64,000 nucleotides of DNA from a virus: positions 1 to 64,000 of IMG/VR virus record IMGVR_UViG_3300025875_000003. The stretch is one strand, 5' to 3'. The notes under the pieces were generated by a model that saw only the letters and a list, made by a program, of their open reading frames with translations, had not been told where the DNA came from and ran no database searches. The position numbers and the translations under genes are program-made. Each line of letters starts with the position of its first letter. The first letter of the stretch is position 1. This document shows, piece by piece, positions 37,977 through 46,948 of this stretch.

Positions 37977-38168
37977 ATGTCCCACTATGCGCAGGTAGAT
38001 AGAGTTGAGATCGACACGGACAGCGAATCAGACCTGAAGGCTACTATTACGATTAGTCATCATTCTCATTTTTACTTCAACAATACATCTCCTAGTGTCA
38101 CTGACGTACCTGAAGACATTCGCAAGGCACTGCTGAGTTGGCTGACTAAGGGAGAGGAACCCTCATGA
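37977..38168 (+). CDS. hypothetical protein
   Basis: TGATG coupling. Confidence 0.6.
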   Translation: MSHYAQVDRVEIDTDSESDLKATITISHHSHFYFNNTSPSVTDVPEDIRKALLSWLTKGEEPS

Positions 38169-38455
38169 ATCTCGCTGACTGGCTGGACCAGCAGACGAAC
38201 GTGAACACGAATGACCCTCGTGTAATTCGTGTCATTCGAGCCATCGAAGAGGCTGGTTGGTCTCCGCCTGGTGCAGACGCTCTCGCAGTACGCGAGGCTC
38301 TGGCTGATGCATGGGACGAAGGATTCGAGCAGGGAACCACATGGCCTGAGCAGGTCAAGGGAATTCTTATCGATCCTCCGACGAATCCCTACCGCAAGCC
38401 TGCGCGACCCACCGCAACTGAAATGATCTACCGTCGTCCCAACGAGAAGGACTGA
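38165..38455 (+). CDS. protein with AWDEGF...NPY motif
   Basis: SD; motif. Confidence 0.7.
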   Translation: MNLADWLDQQTNVNTNDPRVIRVIRAIEEAGWSPPGADALAVREALADAWDEGFEQGTTWPEQVKGILIDPPTNPYRKPARPTATEMIYRRPNEKD

Positions 38456-38460
38456 ATACC

Positions 38461-38661
38461 ATGGCAAATACGCGCACTGACGTTGACGAGTCCGTTGTTG
38501 TCCGCTTCGACCAGAAGATTCAGTATCACCTGGATGAACTGTTCGAGACGCTGGACGATTTTGCTCACCGCAATCGTCTGAGCACCGAGCAGGTCGTGGC
38601 TCTCCTCAGTGAGCGCTACGCCGAAGTGCCGGATGCCTACCAGGAGTGGATTGATGGCTGA
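38461..38661 (+). CDS. hypothetical protein
   Basis: ORF track. Confidence 0.7.
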   Translation: MANTRTDVDESVVVRFDQKIQYHLDELFETLDDFAHRNRLSTEQVVALLSERYAEVPDAYQEWIDG

Positions 38662-39277
38662 CATCGATCCCGATCTGGTGGAATTTCATGAAGTGGACGA
38701 GCCGGTCGTCTTGAAGCAAGGTGGTCCGGTTTTCCACGGCAAGCCGCGCTACGGCATTCTTTGGTCTGAGCCTCCGCAGTCAGTTGACGCCATTCCGTTC
38801 CCCACTCCGGTGCAGAACGCTATGCGTAAGTTCATGGACGCAGAGCCTGCTGTCAAGCGTCCGTCTTGGGATGAGTGGGCGCTGAATCTTGCTGCGGCTG
38901 TGGGTACTCGCGCCGACTGTACACGTCGTCAGGTTGGTGCGGTGATTCTAGATCCTGAGCACCGCGTAGTGGCCACGGGCTACAACGGCTACCCCGCAGG
39001 TAGGCCAGGATGCGCTTCTGCGGGGGCATGTCCGCGCGGTCAGAAGTCCAAGGCAGAGATTCCGCCCATGGCCTCTTACACAGCCCCTGAAAGCCGTTGT
39101 GATGCTCTCCACGCTGAAGAGAATGCGATCCTTTATGCGCGCCGGGATCTGCGCGGCTGCACGATCTACGTCAACCACGAGCCGTGTCCGAACTGCCGCC
39201 GTGTGATTGCAGGCACTGGCATAGCGCGCATGGTGTGGACGCTGCCCGGCGGCGGCTACTCGGGAGAGATGGTCTAA
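38654..39277 (+). CDS. dCMP deaminase
   Basis: CTRRQVGAVI, TGYNG, HAEENA, PCPNC. Confidence 0.9.
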   Translation: MADIDPDLVEFHEVDEPVVLKQGGPVFHGKPRYGILWSEPPQSVDAIPFPTPVQNAMRKFMDAEPAVKRPSWDEWALNLAAAVGTRADCTRRQVGAVILDPEHRVVATGYNGYPAGRPGCASAGACPRGQKSKAEIPPMASYTAPESRCDALHAEENAILYARRDLRGCTIYVNHEPCPNCRRVIAGTGIARMVWTLPGGGYSGEMV

Positions 39278-39441
39278 TGAAAAATACAGAACTAGAAATC
39301 TCTAGACTCTGGCACGAGTCTGAGTGGACCACATTCATGGCCGAAGACGGATGCATGAGTATTGCCATGAACACGGAGGAGGATCGAGTTCTAGACTTCG
39401 CTAGAGCGTTAGGCGTTGAGGTAGTTGCACCTGTAGCCTGA
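39277..39441 (+). CDS. hypothetical protein
   Basis: TAATG coupling. Confidence 0.6.
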   Translation: MKNTELEISRLWHESEWTTFMAEDGCMSIAMNTEEDRVLDFARALGVEVVAPVA

Positions 39442-39453
39442 TTGCGCTATGCT
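39424..39453 (+). promoter_or_regulatory. repeat promoter copy 17
   Basis: TTGCAC-17-TATGCT. Confidence 0.8.
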
Positions 39454-39485
39454 GAAGGCATTAGAAACGCAGAGTAGGAGAAATC

Positions 39486-39737
39486 GTGGGAACTAGGGTG
39501 GTTCGCATTCGGGTGGAGCACCTGAACTTCCCTCAGAATGTCGTCGCCGGGTGTAACTATCTGGTCATCGCCTCTCTGACGTACCTGATGCGCGGTAGCA
39601 ACGAAGATCCTCCACCCGTACCTGTGCGCGACGAGGGAGGTGGAAGGTACAGCATCTCGGATGGCAGACACCGAGTCATTGCCGCCATCATCGCAGGACG
39701 CCCTGACGTGCTTTGTGAAATCGAGGAGACGCCATGA
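39486..39737 (+). CDS. small ParB/Srx-like domain protein
   Basis: PVPVR...YSISDGRHRVIAA. Confidence 0.65.
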   Translation: MGTRVVRIRVEHLNFPQNVVAGCNYLVIASLTYLMRGSNEDPPPVPVRDEGGGRYSISDGRHRVIAAIIAGRPDVLCEIEETP

Positions 39738-39985
39738 CACACAAGATCGAAGTTAGAGGTCCCATTCGCTACCCCGGAGGTAGGGATGGGTGGTATGTCT
39801 TCGAGTGCTCTGAGGGAGACTATGTTTCGTATGGACCTCGCCCGGACTCCAAGAACGCACGTATGGCGTCCAAGGCACACGCTGAGGCCAAGAACGCCAA
39901 CGAGACTCGTTACGCGGCTGAGCGTGCTACTCTGAGCGAGAACGCTATTGATGACCCTCCCAACACCGCTATCGAAGGAAACTGA
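39734..39985 (+). CDS. hypothetical protein
   Basis: ATGA overlap. Confidence 0.65.
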   Translation: MTHKIEVRGPIRYPGGRDGWYVFECSEGDYVSYGPRPDSKNARMASKAHAEAKNANETRYAAERATLSENAIDDPPNTAIEGN

Positions 39986-39986
39986 C

Positions 39987-40211
39987 ATGAAGAGAGCATG
40001 CCCCGAGTCCTGGCCTACGGGCATCACGTCTCTGCTGCACCAAGACATCCCATGCGACAAGGACGCCAAGCACCGTGGATGGCACGTCAGCGCCTCGGGA
40101 GATGTCAAGTGGACAGGTAAGTTGACGGACGAAGAGCGCGCCGAGCGCGACAGGATGCGTGCCCACCACGACGCCGTGATTCTGTCCGCAACGATGTACG
40201 GAGGCAACTGA
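39987..40211 (+). CDS. hypothetical protein
   Basis: TGACATG coupling. Confidence 0.65.
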   Translation: MKRACPESWPTGITSLLHQDIPCDKDAKHRGWHVSASGDVKWTGKLTDEERAERDRMRAHHDAVILSATMYGGN

Positions 40212-40550
40212 CATGCAGGTAGAAGTTCGAGTCATCATGGACGATGGTCGATATGTTCTTGACTACAAGGAAGTCCAGACGCTCACCAGCGACTCTCTGA
40301 GCATTGCAGCGGCGCAACTCGGATTCGGTCTGGCTGAGGCTGCCTATGGTCTACTTCCTGAGGAGGACTGATGCGGCGAAACGGAGACCCCAAGCACCCC
40401 CTTCACGTGTGGGAAAAGGTTTCTCAGAAGGGCCATCTGGTGCGCTGGAAGTGTGCAGCCGGAACGCTGTGCAACGCGACGAAGATGACGTTCGATGGCA
40501 AGTCCAGAGAAGCCTGACTTCGCCACCCGGCTAGGAATCTTCTTCACGTA

Positions 40551-40586
40551 CGCCGCTGCCGCTTGGTCGGTAGCGGCGACTTTTTT
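40551..40586 (+). terminator. intrinsic terminator
   Basis: CGCCGCTGCC / GGTAGCGGCG stem followed by T6. Confidence 0.75.
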
Positions 40587-40595
40587 CCTCATCTG

Positions 40596-40625
40596 GTTGC
40601 ATATGTAGCCTGACTGCACTAGGAT
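40596..40625 (+). promoter_or_regulatory. repeat promoter copy 18
   Basis: TTGCAT-17-TAGGAT. Confidence 0.8.
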
Positions 40626-40653
40626 GTGAGCAACAGAGCCTGAGGAGGCAGAT

Positions 40654-40968
40654 ATGGGTAGACACATCATCAAGGTAGCGCCCGACCTGGATTTGTACGT
40701 GGAGTGGTCTTCTATTGTCGATAGTCCAGTTTGTTGGGGTACCCGCGCGGAAATGCTTGAAGAGGGCACCGACGCTGTGAGGCTGGACCGGGCCGACAAG
40801 TTCGGAACCTCCTCTCTTCCGGGGTTCGATAACTGGGAAACCGATAGTCTCATTTATGAGCAGCAGGGCCTTCTCCCGCGCACAAAAATTCCAGAGGCGC
40901 TGCGTAGATTTGAGAACGACGAAGATGCCGACATCACCGATTTGCTTATCCCATTCGAAGAGGACTAG
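40654..40968 (+). CDS. hypothetical protein
   Basis: SD GAGGAGG. Confidence 0.75.
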   Translation: MGRHIIKVAPDLDLYVEWSSIVDSPVCWGTRAEMLEEGTDAVRLDRADKFGTSSLPGFDNWETDSLIYEQQGLLPRTKIPEALRRFENDEDADITDLLIPFEED

Positions 40969-40970
40969 AA

Positions 40971-41327
40971 ATGACTACGCTGTTTCGAGTTGAGAACCCA
41001 CTGACCAATCTTGGTTTGTGGTACGCAGGTACGGGTGAATTTACCGAGTTCATAAAGACCATCGACAACGCTCAGTGCCGAGACTTGCCTATGGACTACG
41101 ATCCGACCATGAAGGACGGGGGGAACTGGATCAGCGCCTGCGATAATCTGGACGACATGCAGAACTGGTTCTCTCCATCTGACTTGCATCAGTTGCAGCA
41201 GGTGGGATATGGTCTCTACACCTTTGAGGTGCCTAACTACCGCCAGGCCAACGGCCACGCAATTTTCTTGCGCGAATCTGTGATTGAAAGCCGTCTGGTT
41301 TCGATCTCTCTTCTTGAAAGGATGTAA
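40971..41327 (+). CDS. hypothetical protein
   Basis: SD GAGG. Confidence 0.75.
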   Translation: MTTLFRVENPLTNLGLWYAGTGEFTEFIKTIDNAQCRDLPMDYDPTMKDGGNWISACDNLDDMQNWFSPSDLHQLQQVGYGLYTFEVPNYRQANGHAIFLRESVIESRLVSISLLERM

Positions 41328-41328
41328 G

Positions 41329-41598
41329 GTGACTAAGGAAATTCCGGCTGAGGCTGACCCGACCGGCGAGAACGCACGCTGGAACGCTCTGCTTGACGCA
41401 CTAAGGGCCATCGCTGATGACCCCACAGAGACGCCTGCGCGGCGCGCTAAGGCTCGCGGGGCGTGGGAGAAGGCTGTATCGGGCAGCGGCCCTGCTGCGG
41501 CTATCCTGGTGACACCCCCGGTATCCGCCAGACACACGCGCGGTGGAGGCCAGTTCCTTCGTACACGGTCAGAGGAGGAAGGAGGGGGTAAGCCCTGA
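41329..41598 (+). CDS. hypothetical protein
   Basis: GTG start after upstream stop. Confidence 0.55.
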   Translation: MTKEIPAEADPTGENARWNALLDALRAIADDPTETPARRAKARGAWEKAVSGSGPAAAILVTPPVSARHTRGGGQFLRTRSEEEGGGKP

Positions 41599-42143
41599 TG
41601 TCTACGAATCCATATTCTATTAACTTCGAGGAAATATACGAGAACAAAGTTGCTGGAAAGACCTCTTACTTCGCTCTGATGTATGGGGCAACACCTGTGG
41701 TTCTCGGCACTTCTAACCACTCCAAGTTTCCGAGTGGTGACGTCCTTTGGATTAATGACGTGCCTACAAAGAAGAAGCCCCTTTCTCGCGGCGACCAGTA
41801 TAAGGAAACCTCTGTCACAACTGTCAGAGTTCCTAAGAAGGGCCAGGGCAAGTGTGTGAAGTGTTTTGGAATCATGGACATTTCCACAGATGCCATCAAT
41901 GAGGACGAAAGTACTCTAGAGTACGTAGCCGATCCCTACCTGAAGGCCACAGAAGATAAGATTGTCATGGGTTACTGGTGTCCGAATTGCTACAGCAAAA
42001 GAAAGAAGGAAATTCCGGCTCCGCCCCAGACCGATTCAGGACCATGGCCCGTCAAGTCTTTTATTGTCTCGGAGAATAACGACCAACTGTGGTTTAACTC
42101 CAACAACACGTGGCACACCTCTTACAACGCCAAGCCCTTTTAA
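41598..42143 (+). CDS. hypothetical protein with CxxC pairs
   Basis: TGATG coupling. Confidence 0.7.
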   Translation: MSTNPYSINFEEIYENKVAGKTSYFALMYGATPVVLGTSNHSKFPSGDVLWINDVPTKKKPLSRGDQYKETSVTTVRVPKKGQGKCVKCFGIMDISTDAINEDESTLEYVADPYLKATEDKIVMGYWCPNCYSKRKKEIPAPPQTDSGPWPVKSFIVSENNDQLWFNSNNTWHTSYNAKPF

Positions 42144-42152
42144 GGAGCACCC

Positions 42153-42734
42153 ATGGCTGTTTATTTCACGTCTGATCCGCATTGGGGCCATCGTTTCGTC
42201 TCTACGCTGCGTGGGTTCGAGTCCACGGCAGAGCACGATAGCGCTCTGTTGGACAACTTTCACGACACTCTGACTGAGGCAGATCAGACGTGGTGGCTCG
42301 GTGACCTTGCGATGCACAAGCCGGATTATGCGTTGGCTCAGATTGGCACAATTCCCGGTAAGCACCACCTGATTCTCGGCAACCACGACCGCGCACACCC
42401 CATGCACCGCGACTCTCACAAGCATCAGCGCATGTACTTTGAGGTCTTCGAGTCGGTTCAGGCTTTCGCGCGTCGTCGCATCAATGGCACCGAGGTTCTG
42501 CTTTCTCACTTCCCGTACGTGGGACTGGGAGACGACCACACGCCAGAAGCACGCAACGTTCAGTACCGTTTTCCTGATCTAGGAACATGGCTTCTTCACG
42601 GACACACGCACAACAGCGAGCAGCGCGTTCACGGTCACCAGATTCATGTTGGTCTGGACGCCTGGCACATGAAGCCCGTACCACTTTCCTACCTAGAGAG
42701 CATCATTCCTACTACCCTGAAGGCGGATCGATGA
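42153..42734 (+). CDS. metallophosphoesterase
   Basis: TSDPHWGH, LGDLA, GNHD, SHFP, HGHTH. Confidence 0.9.
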   Translation: MAVYFTSDPHWGHRFVSTLRGFESTAEHDSALLDNFHDTLTEADQTWWLGDLAMHKPDYALAQIGTIPGKHHLILGNHDRAHPMHRDSHKHQRMYFEVFESVQAFARRRINGTEVLLSHFPYVGLGDDHTPEARNVQYRFPDLGTWLLHGHTHNSEQRVHGHQIHVGLDAWHMKPVPLSYLESIIPTTLKADR

Positions 42735-42979
42735 CCGCACTAAATAAGGTTCAACTTCGACATGTCGTCACGTCAGACAGTCTGAAGAATTCTACATTTC
42801 CTCCTGACCGCGTAAGGTTGGAGATTGACAACGCCCTACGTGAATTCTTTACCTCTCCCGATGTGGAGGGTGCAGACATTGATTACGACACATTCAAGGT
42901 CACCTTTTCCAAGGCTCCAGACGACTTTGTTTTTCATGACTACCACGTGGTACATGTCGAGGCTGAAGTCAGTCTGTGA
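42731..42979 (+). CDS. hypothetical protein
   Basis: ATGA overlap. Confidence 0.65.
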   Translation: MTALNKVQLRHVVTSDSLKNSTFPPDRVRLEIDNALREFFTSPDVEGADIDYDTFKVTFSKAPDDFVFHDYHVVHVEAEVSL

Positions 42980-43040
42980 CTTTCCCACCAACACAAACAG
43001 AGCGTACTACTAGTAGTGGCTATTTCTAAGGAGAACATCT

Positions 43041-43361
43041 ATGCCAATGCCCGGAAGTGTAGTTAATGACGATTTTCTAGAAGATGTGGAGACAACGCCA
43101 GAGCAGAAGCGCCTTGCTGCCCTCTTTGCGGCGCGCCATGTGCCCCGTGACAGCCTTGTTGGGGTGCTGGGCATGCTAGGAGTGCTGGAGGCTCTTCGAC
43201 CCGCTCCTGAGCCAGTTTCTGTGGCTGTAGAAAGCATCGCTGTCCCCGAGCCTGTGGATAGTGCGCCAGAGCCTGCCGTTGCACGGTTTCCATGGGCGGT
43301 GGCTCCGTCGTGGAATCGTAAGTTCCCGTGGGCTCGGCGCAGGGGATCGACTGATGATTGA
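43041..43361 (+). CDS. hypothetical protein
   Basis: SD AAGGAG. Confidence 0.65.
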   Translation: MPMPGSVVNDDFLEDVETTPEQKRLAALFAARHVPRDSLVGVLGMLGVLEALRPAPEPVSVAVESIAVPEPVDSAPEPAVARFPWAVAPSWNRKFPWARRRGSTDD

Positions 43362-43524
43362 AGTATTTTCAATTGCTCTTGCCCTTCCTTCGATCCCCAC
43401 GATTATTGCTTTTGTTTTATGTCTTTATCGCATTGTGCGCCTGGAGCATAAGACACAAGAACTAGCACGCCGCATCGACAGACATCACCCAACTCCGAAG
43501 AGGGAGAATAATGCCTCGGGGTAA
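43354..43524 (+). CDS. small membrane protein
   Basis: TM helix. Confidence 0.6.
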   Translation: MIEVFSIALALPSIPTIIAFVLCLYRIVRLEHKTQELARRIDRHHPTPKRENNASG

Positions 43525-43906
43525 TAACTACCGACAAAATCCTCATCAGTTGACTGACAGGCAGATTGAGATTTTTCGTTTGGCGAGTCAGGGCCTTTCC
43601 AACAGAGAGATTGGTGAAAAGATCTATGTGGTGGAAAATACCGTAGACACCCATCTTCGCTTGGGATATAAGAAACTGGGTACCAGCAGTAGGGCAGGAG
43701 CCATTGCACTAGGTATTCGAGAGGGTTGGATTCCTCTACATACGGGTGACGATCTGCTAGAAGATGCTGCTATCCGTCTTTACTGCCACATCTACTTCAA
43801 TGGCAGTGACGCAGGAGCCGATGACTTCGGCATGGAACCCGAAGATTTGAAGGAACAGATGCGTGGATTGGCTCGTGCGGCCCTAAACATCAAGGAAAAC
43901 TCATGA
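43511..43906 (+). CDS. LuxR/GerE-type HTH transcription regulator
   Basis: LTDRQIEIFRLASQGLSNREIGEKIYVVENTVDTHLRLGYKKLG..SRAGA. Confidence 0.85.
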   Translation: MPRGNNYRQNPHQLTDRQIEIFRLASQGLSNREIGEKIYVVENTVDTHLRLGYKKLGTSSRAGAIALGIREGWIPLHTGDDLLEDAAIRLYCHIYFNGSDAGADDFGMEPEDLKEQMRGLARAALNIKENS

Positions 43907-44334
43907 TTCAGGCACCACAACCCAAGCCGACCCCCAAGTTCTGTACGCAGATTGCCGGACGCCATCCGTTCGAGAAGTTCCACCAGAACATTGGCCAGGC
44001 CAAGAATGCCGTAGGGTACGGTGGCGGTCGGTGGCGCGGTGTTCGTGGAGGTAAGATCTTCGAGTGGAAGGATTCCTCAGGCACGTGGGAACTCATTCAT
44101 GACATTGCTCCAGGCACTTTGGGTAGAGACCTTCCCTGGCACGTAGACGCAGCCAAGCGTGAGGAAGAACGCCAGTGGGCTGCCGAGAAGGCGCGGGAAG
44201 CCAAGCGCATTAAGTCACTCTCTTACTTTTTGGTGGATTCTGGTATCTCTCTGACCGGACCACGCATCGGAGAGGATGCACGCAAGATCTGGGAATACCT
44301 AGAAGAGCGCTATGACATCCGGGAGAAGAATTGA
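43903..44334 (+). CDS. hypothetical protein
   Basis: ATGA overlap. Confidence 0.7.
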   Translation: MIQAPQPKPTPKFCTQIAGRHPFEKFHQNIGQAKNAVGYGGGRWRGVRGGKIFEWKDSSGTWELIHDIAPGTLGRDLPWHVDAAKREEERQWAAEKAREAKRIKSLSYFLVDSGISLTGPRIGEDARKIWEYLEERYDIREKN

Positions 44335-45350
44335 CAAAGGTTATGATCTGTGGGGATATTCACGTCAGAGACCGCGCACCCTCAAATTGCCACGATTCCT
44401 ATACCGATGACATCATTGACATCTTGAAGTGGACTGCGGATTATTGCGCTTCTGAAGGAATCAAGCACGCCATATGGGCAGGGGATGTGTTTGACTTTAA
44501 GAGTCCCAGCAAGAATTCTCATGCTCTTGTCTTGAAGATGATCGGTGTGGTGCGACACTACATCGAGCAGGGTGTCGAACTGTCCATCGTGCCCGGCAAC
44601 CACGACCTCAGCAACGATGTGCTGGACACGATCCACACGAAGCAGCCGCTGGGCGTGCTGTACGCCGCAGGAGCGCACGAACTCAAAGGCTGGCACCCCG
44701 ATCTTCCGGTGTACGGCGTTCCCTGGCAGCAGACGTGGACTACCGATCCAGAATTGGCTCTGCTCTCTTTCGAAGACTATCGCTTGGCTTTTGAAAGCCT
44801 AAATGACACTGCTAGGGTTCCGCAGTGGTCCTATGACCAGCCATGCCTTGTCGTCACACACGCACCTATTTATCCACCTGCTCAGGTTGAACGCGGCGTA
44901 CCTTTTGATCTGGTGGACACTAAGAGGCTTGCCGACGCCATGCACGGCCACGGCTATCTGTACTACGGCCACATTCACGAAGACCACGGAATCTTCACGG
45001 ACGGCGGAGTGACCTTCGCCAACATGGGTGCCATCTCTCGTGGGTCTCTGCATGAGTACAATCTGGAGCGCACGGTCAAGGTTTCTGTGTGGACAGACGA
45101 ACCGGGAGAAGAGGGCTTCACGGAGGTCATTGTGCCGCAGAAGCCAGCCTCTGAGGTCTTCAAGATCGAGTCAGCATCCTTGGCTAAGGCCGAGAAGATG
45201 AATCTGAACCAGTTTCTCACCAGCGTCGGCTCTGCTTCCCTAGATATCTCGACTACGGCATCCGTCGTCGCCCACCTTCGGGAACTCAACGATGTGCCCG
45301 AAGAAGTCATTACACGCGCAGTTGATTTCTTGGAGGCTGTCGATGCCTGA
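44331..45350 (+). CDS. Mre11/SbcD-like nuclease
   Basis: GDIH, AGDVFD, PGNHD, THA, GHIH, NMGAISR. Confidence 0.85.
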   Translation: MTKVMICGDIHVRDRAPSNCHDSYTDDIIDILKWTADYCASEGIKHAIWAGDVFDFKSPSKNSHALVLKMIGVVRHYIEQGVELSIVPGNHDLSNDVLDTIHTKQPLGVLYAAGAHELKGWHPDLPVYGVPWQQTWTTDPELALLSFEDYRLAFESLNDTARVPQWSYDQPCLVVTHAPIYPPAQVERGVPFDLVDTKRLADAMHGHGYLYYGHIHEDHGIFTDGGVTFANMGAISRGSLHEYNLERTVKVSVWTDEPGEEGFTEVIVPQKPASEVFKIESASLAKAEKMNLNQFLTSVGSASLDISTTASVVAHLRELNDVPEEVITRAVDFLEAVDA

Positions 45351-45433
45351 CAATGGGTGCTGGTGCGGGATGGACCACTCCAAAATGGATTGGGACGAAG
45401 AACTTGGTTGGTACGAAGTCTGGGAGGACGAAG

Positions 45434-46003
45434 ATGACTGAAAACGAAGAGTGGGTTCGCGGAAGTTGGATGCAGACCTACACCGGAAAGCAGTTCTGGC
45501 CTATGTCCCCGCGCGTAGAGGACGTGGACCCTGTGGACATTGCGCATGCCCTGTCTCTGCTGTGCCGCTACAACGGCCACGTGCAACGCTTCTACAGCGT
45601 GGCTGAGCACTGCGTGCTCATGTCCTACGCTGTACCCGAGGAGTATGCTCTGTGGGCTCTTCTGCACGACGCCACTGAGGCCTATGTAGGGGACATGATT
45701 CGTCCCCTGAAGCAGTTCATGCCTGAGTATGTAGCAGCAGAAGCGCTAGTGGCTCTCGCCATTGCTCAGAGGTTTGATCTTCGTACTGCCGATGGCCTCT
45801 TTACCCACAAACTGCCCGCTCCGGTGAAGGAGGCGGACAACCGTATTCTTCTCACCGAGCGTGCTGCTCTCATGCCCAACACCACGCACGCTTGGGCTGT
45901 GGAAGATCTAGAGCCGCTTCCTGTGTCAATTTCTGGGTGGCTTCCGGAGACCGCTGAGCGTGCATATCTTGTTCGCTTGCACGAACTTTGGACGGACTCC
46001 TAA
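45434..46003 (+). CDS. HD-domain 5'-deoxynucleotidase (YfbR/YfdR-like)
   Basis: DIAHALS..CRYNGH..FYSVAEH, LLHDATEAYVGD, VKEAD. Confidence 0.85.
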   Translation: MTENEEWVRGSWMQTYTGKQFWPMSPRVEDVDPVDIAHALSLLCRYNGHVQRFYSVAEHCVLMSYAVPEEYALWALLHDATEAYVGDMIRPLKQFMPEYVAAEALVALAIAQRFDLRTADGLFTHKLPAPVKEADNRILLTERAALMPNTTHAWAVEDLEPLPVSISGWLPETAERAYLVRLHELWTDS

Positions 46004-46341
46004 TGTCTCACGACCATGAAGCAGAGTATTGGGAGTGGTTTAACCGCTTCTTCTACCAACCAACTCCTGAGATCAACCAAATTCTGTCTGACGCTCTCGA
46101 CATCCACAACTCGGGTCTCGGTGCTTCCCTGTCTACTCCTACGAAGTCTATTATTGAGGTGATCCGTTCCCACATCAGTTGGGATGAGGCCACGTCCGAA
46201 CAAATACTTGCGGATCTCAGATACTATGCCCGCTGGCGTCCGTCTGTGCGGTATGATGGACCCGTGCGTTCATTCGAAGATCAACAGATCATCGATAGGT
46301 TGAACGAAAGTCTGAGGAGCGGACAGTGGATGAAGCGGTAG
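46003..46341 (+). CDS. hypothetical protein
   Basis: TAATG coupling. Confidence 0.65.
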   Translation: MSHDHEAEYWEWFNRFFYQPTPEINQILSDALDIHNSGLGASLSTPTKSIIEVIRSHISWDEATSEQILADLRYYARWRPSVRYDGPVRSFEDQQIIDRLNESLRSGQWMKR

Positions 46342-46592
46342 CAACTACCTACCGGTGCCAGCACATTGGCGGGCCGTACGACGGGCTCACCGAGGACCGG
46401 GAATTCAAGCCCGAGCAACAACAGTTCATGTGGGCACAGGCTGTGCAAGTCAAGCAGGGCACCGACGCCAAGCCTTGGCTCATGCACCGGTACGAGATCG
46501 AGATCGATGGCATCCGCGCTCGCCTGAACTACAGAGGTTATCGCGCACTTAGCAATAATCCACTCGCTAAGTTGGGTGACACATCTTCCTAA
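46326..46592 (+). CDS. hypothetical protein
   Basis: SD GAGGAG. Confidence 0.6.
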   Translation: MDEAVATTYRCQHIGGPYDGLTEDREFKPEQQQFMWAQAVQVKQGTDAKPWLMHRYEIEIDGIRARLNYRGYRALSNNPLAKLGDTSS

Positions 46593-46655
46593 CATCAGCA
46601 CCTGACTAGCCGATGAGATAGGTGTACCGCTCAACAACCACAGTTAGGAATCACC

Positions 46656-46901
46656 ATGAAGAACATCTCTCGTCGTTTTACCTCTATTGTCCTGGGTCTT
46701 GGTCTCGTCGTCGCTGGCGCGGGCGCTGCTGAGGCCGCTACGTGGACTTACAAGTATGCAGGTCCGGGATATACCGAGGCAACCTGCGAGGCGCTGTACT
46801 ACTCCCCCTGGGGCAAGAACGGCGTGAACCTTGTTTATGTGGGCAACCCGTACTATGTGGGGTCTGGCTCTACGCTGAAGTGTGCGGTGCGCGTCGGCTG
46901 A
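46656..46901 (+). CDS. small secreted protein with two Cys
   Basis: MKNISRR-hydrophobic-AAEA signal; Tyr-rich. Confidence 0.7.
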   Translation: MKNISRRFTSIVLGLGLVVAGAGAAEAATWTYKYAGPGYTEATCEALYYSPWGKNGVNLVYVGNPYYVGSGSTLKCAVRVG

Positions 46902-46916
46902 GTTAAGCCGAGTGCT

Positions 46917-46948
46917 CAGGCCCTTCATCCTTCGGGGTGGAGGGCCTG
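46917..46948 (+). terminator. UUCG-loop hairpin abutting promoter copy 19
   Basis: CAGGCCCTTCATCC-TTCG-GGGTGGAGGGCCTG. Confidence 0.7.

Noticed and set aside
45434-46003. HD protein as DatZ (Z-genome pathway)
   Set aside because: The motifs fit the common YfbR/YfdR-like family and no purZ is present in the window
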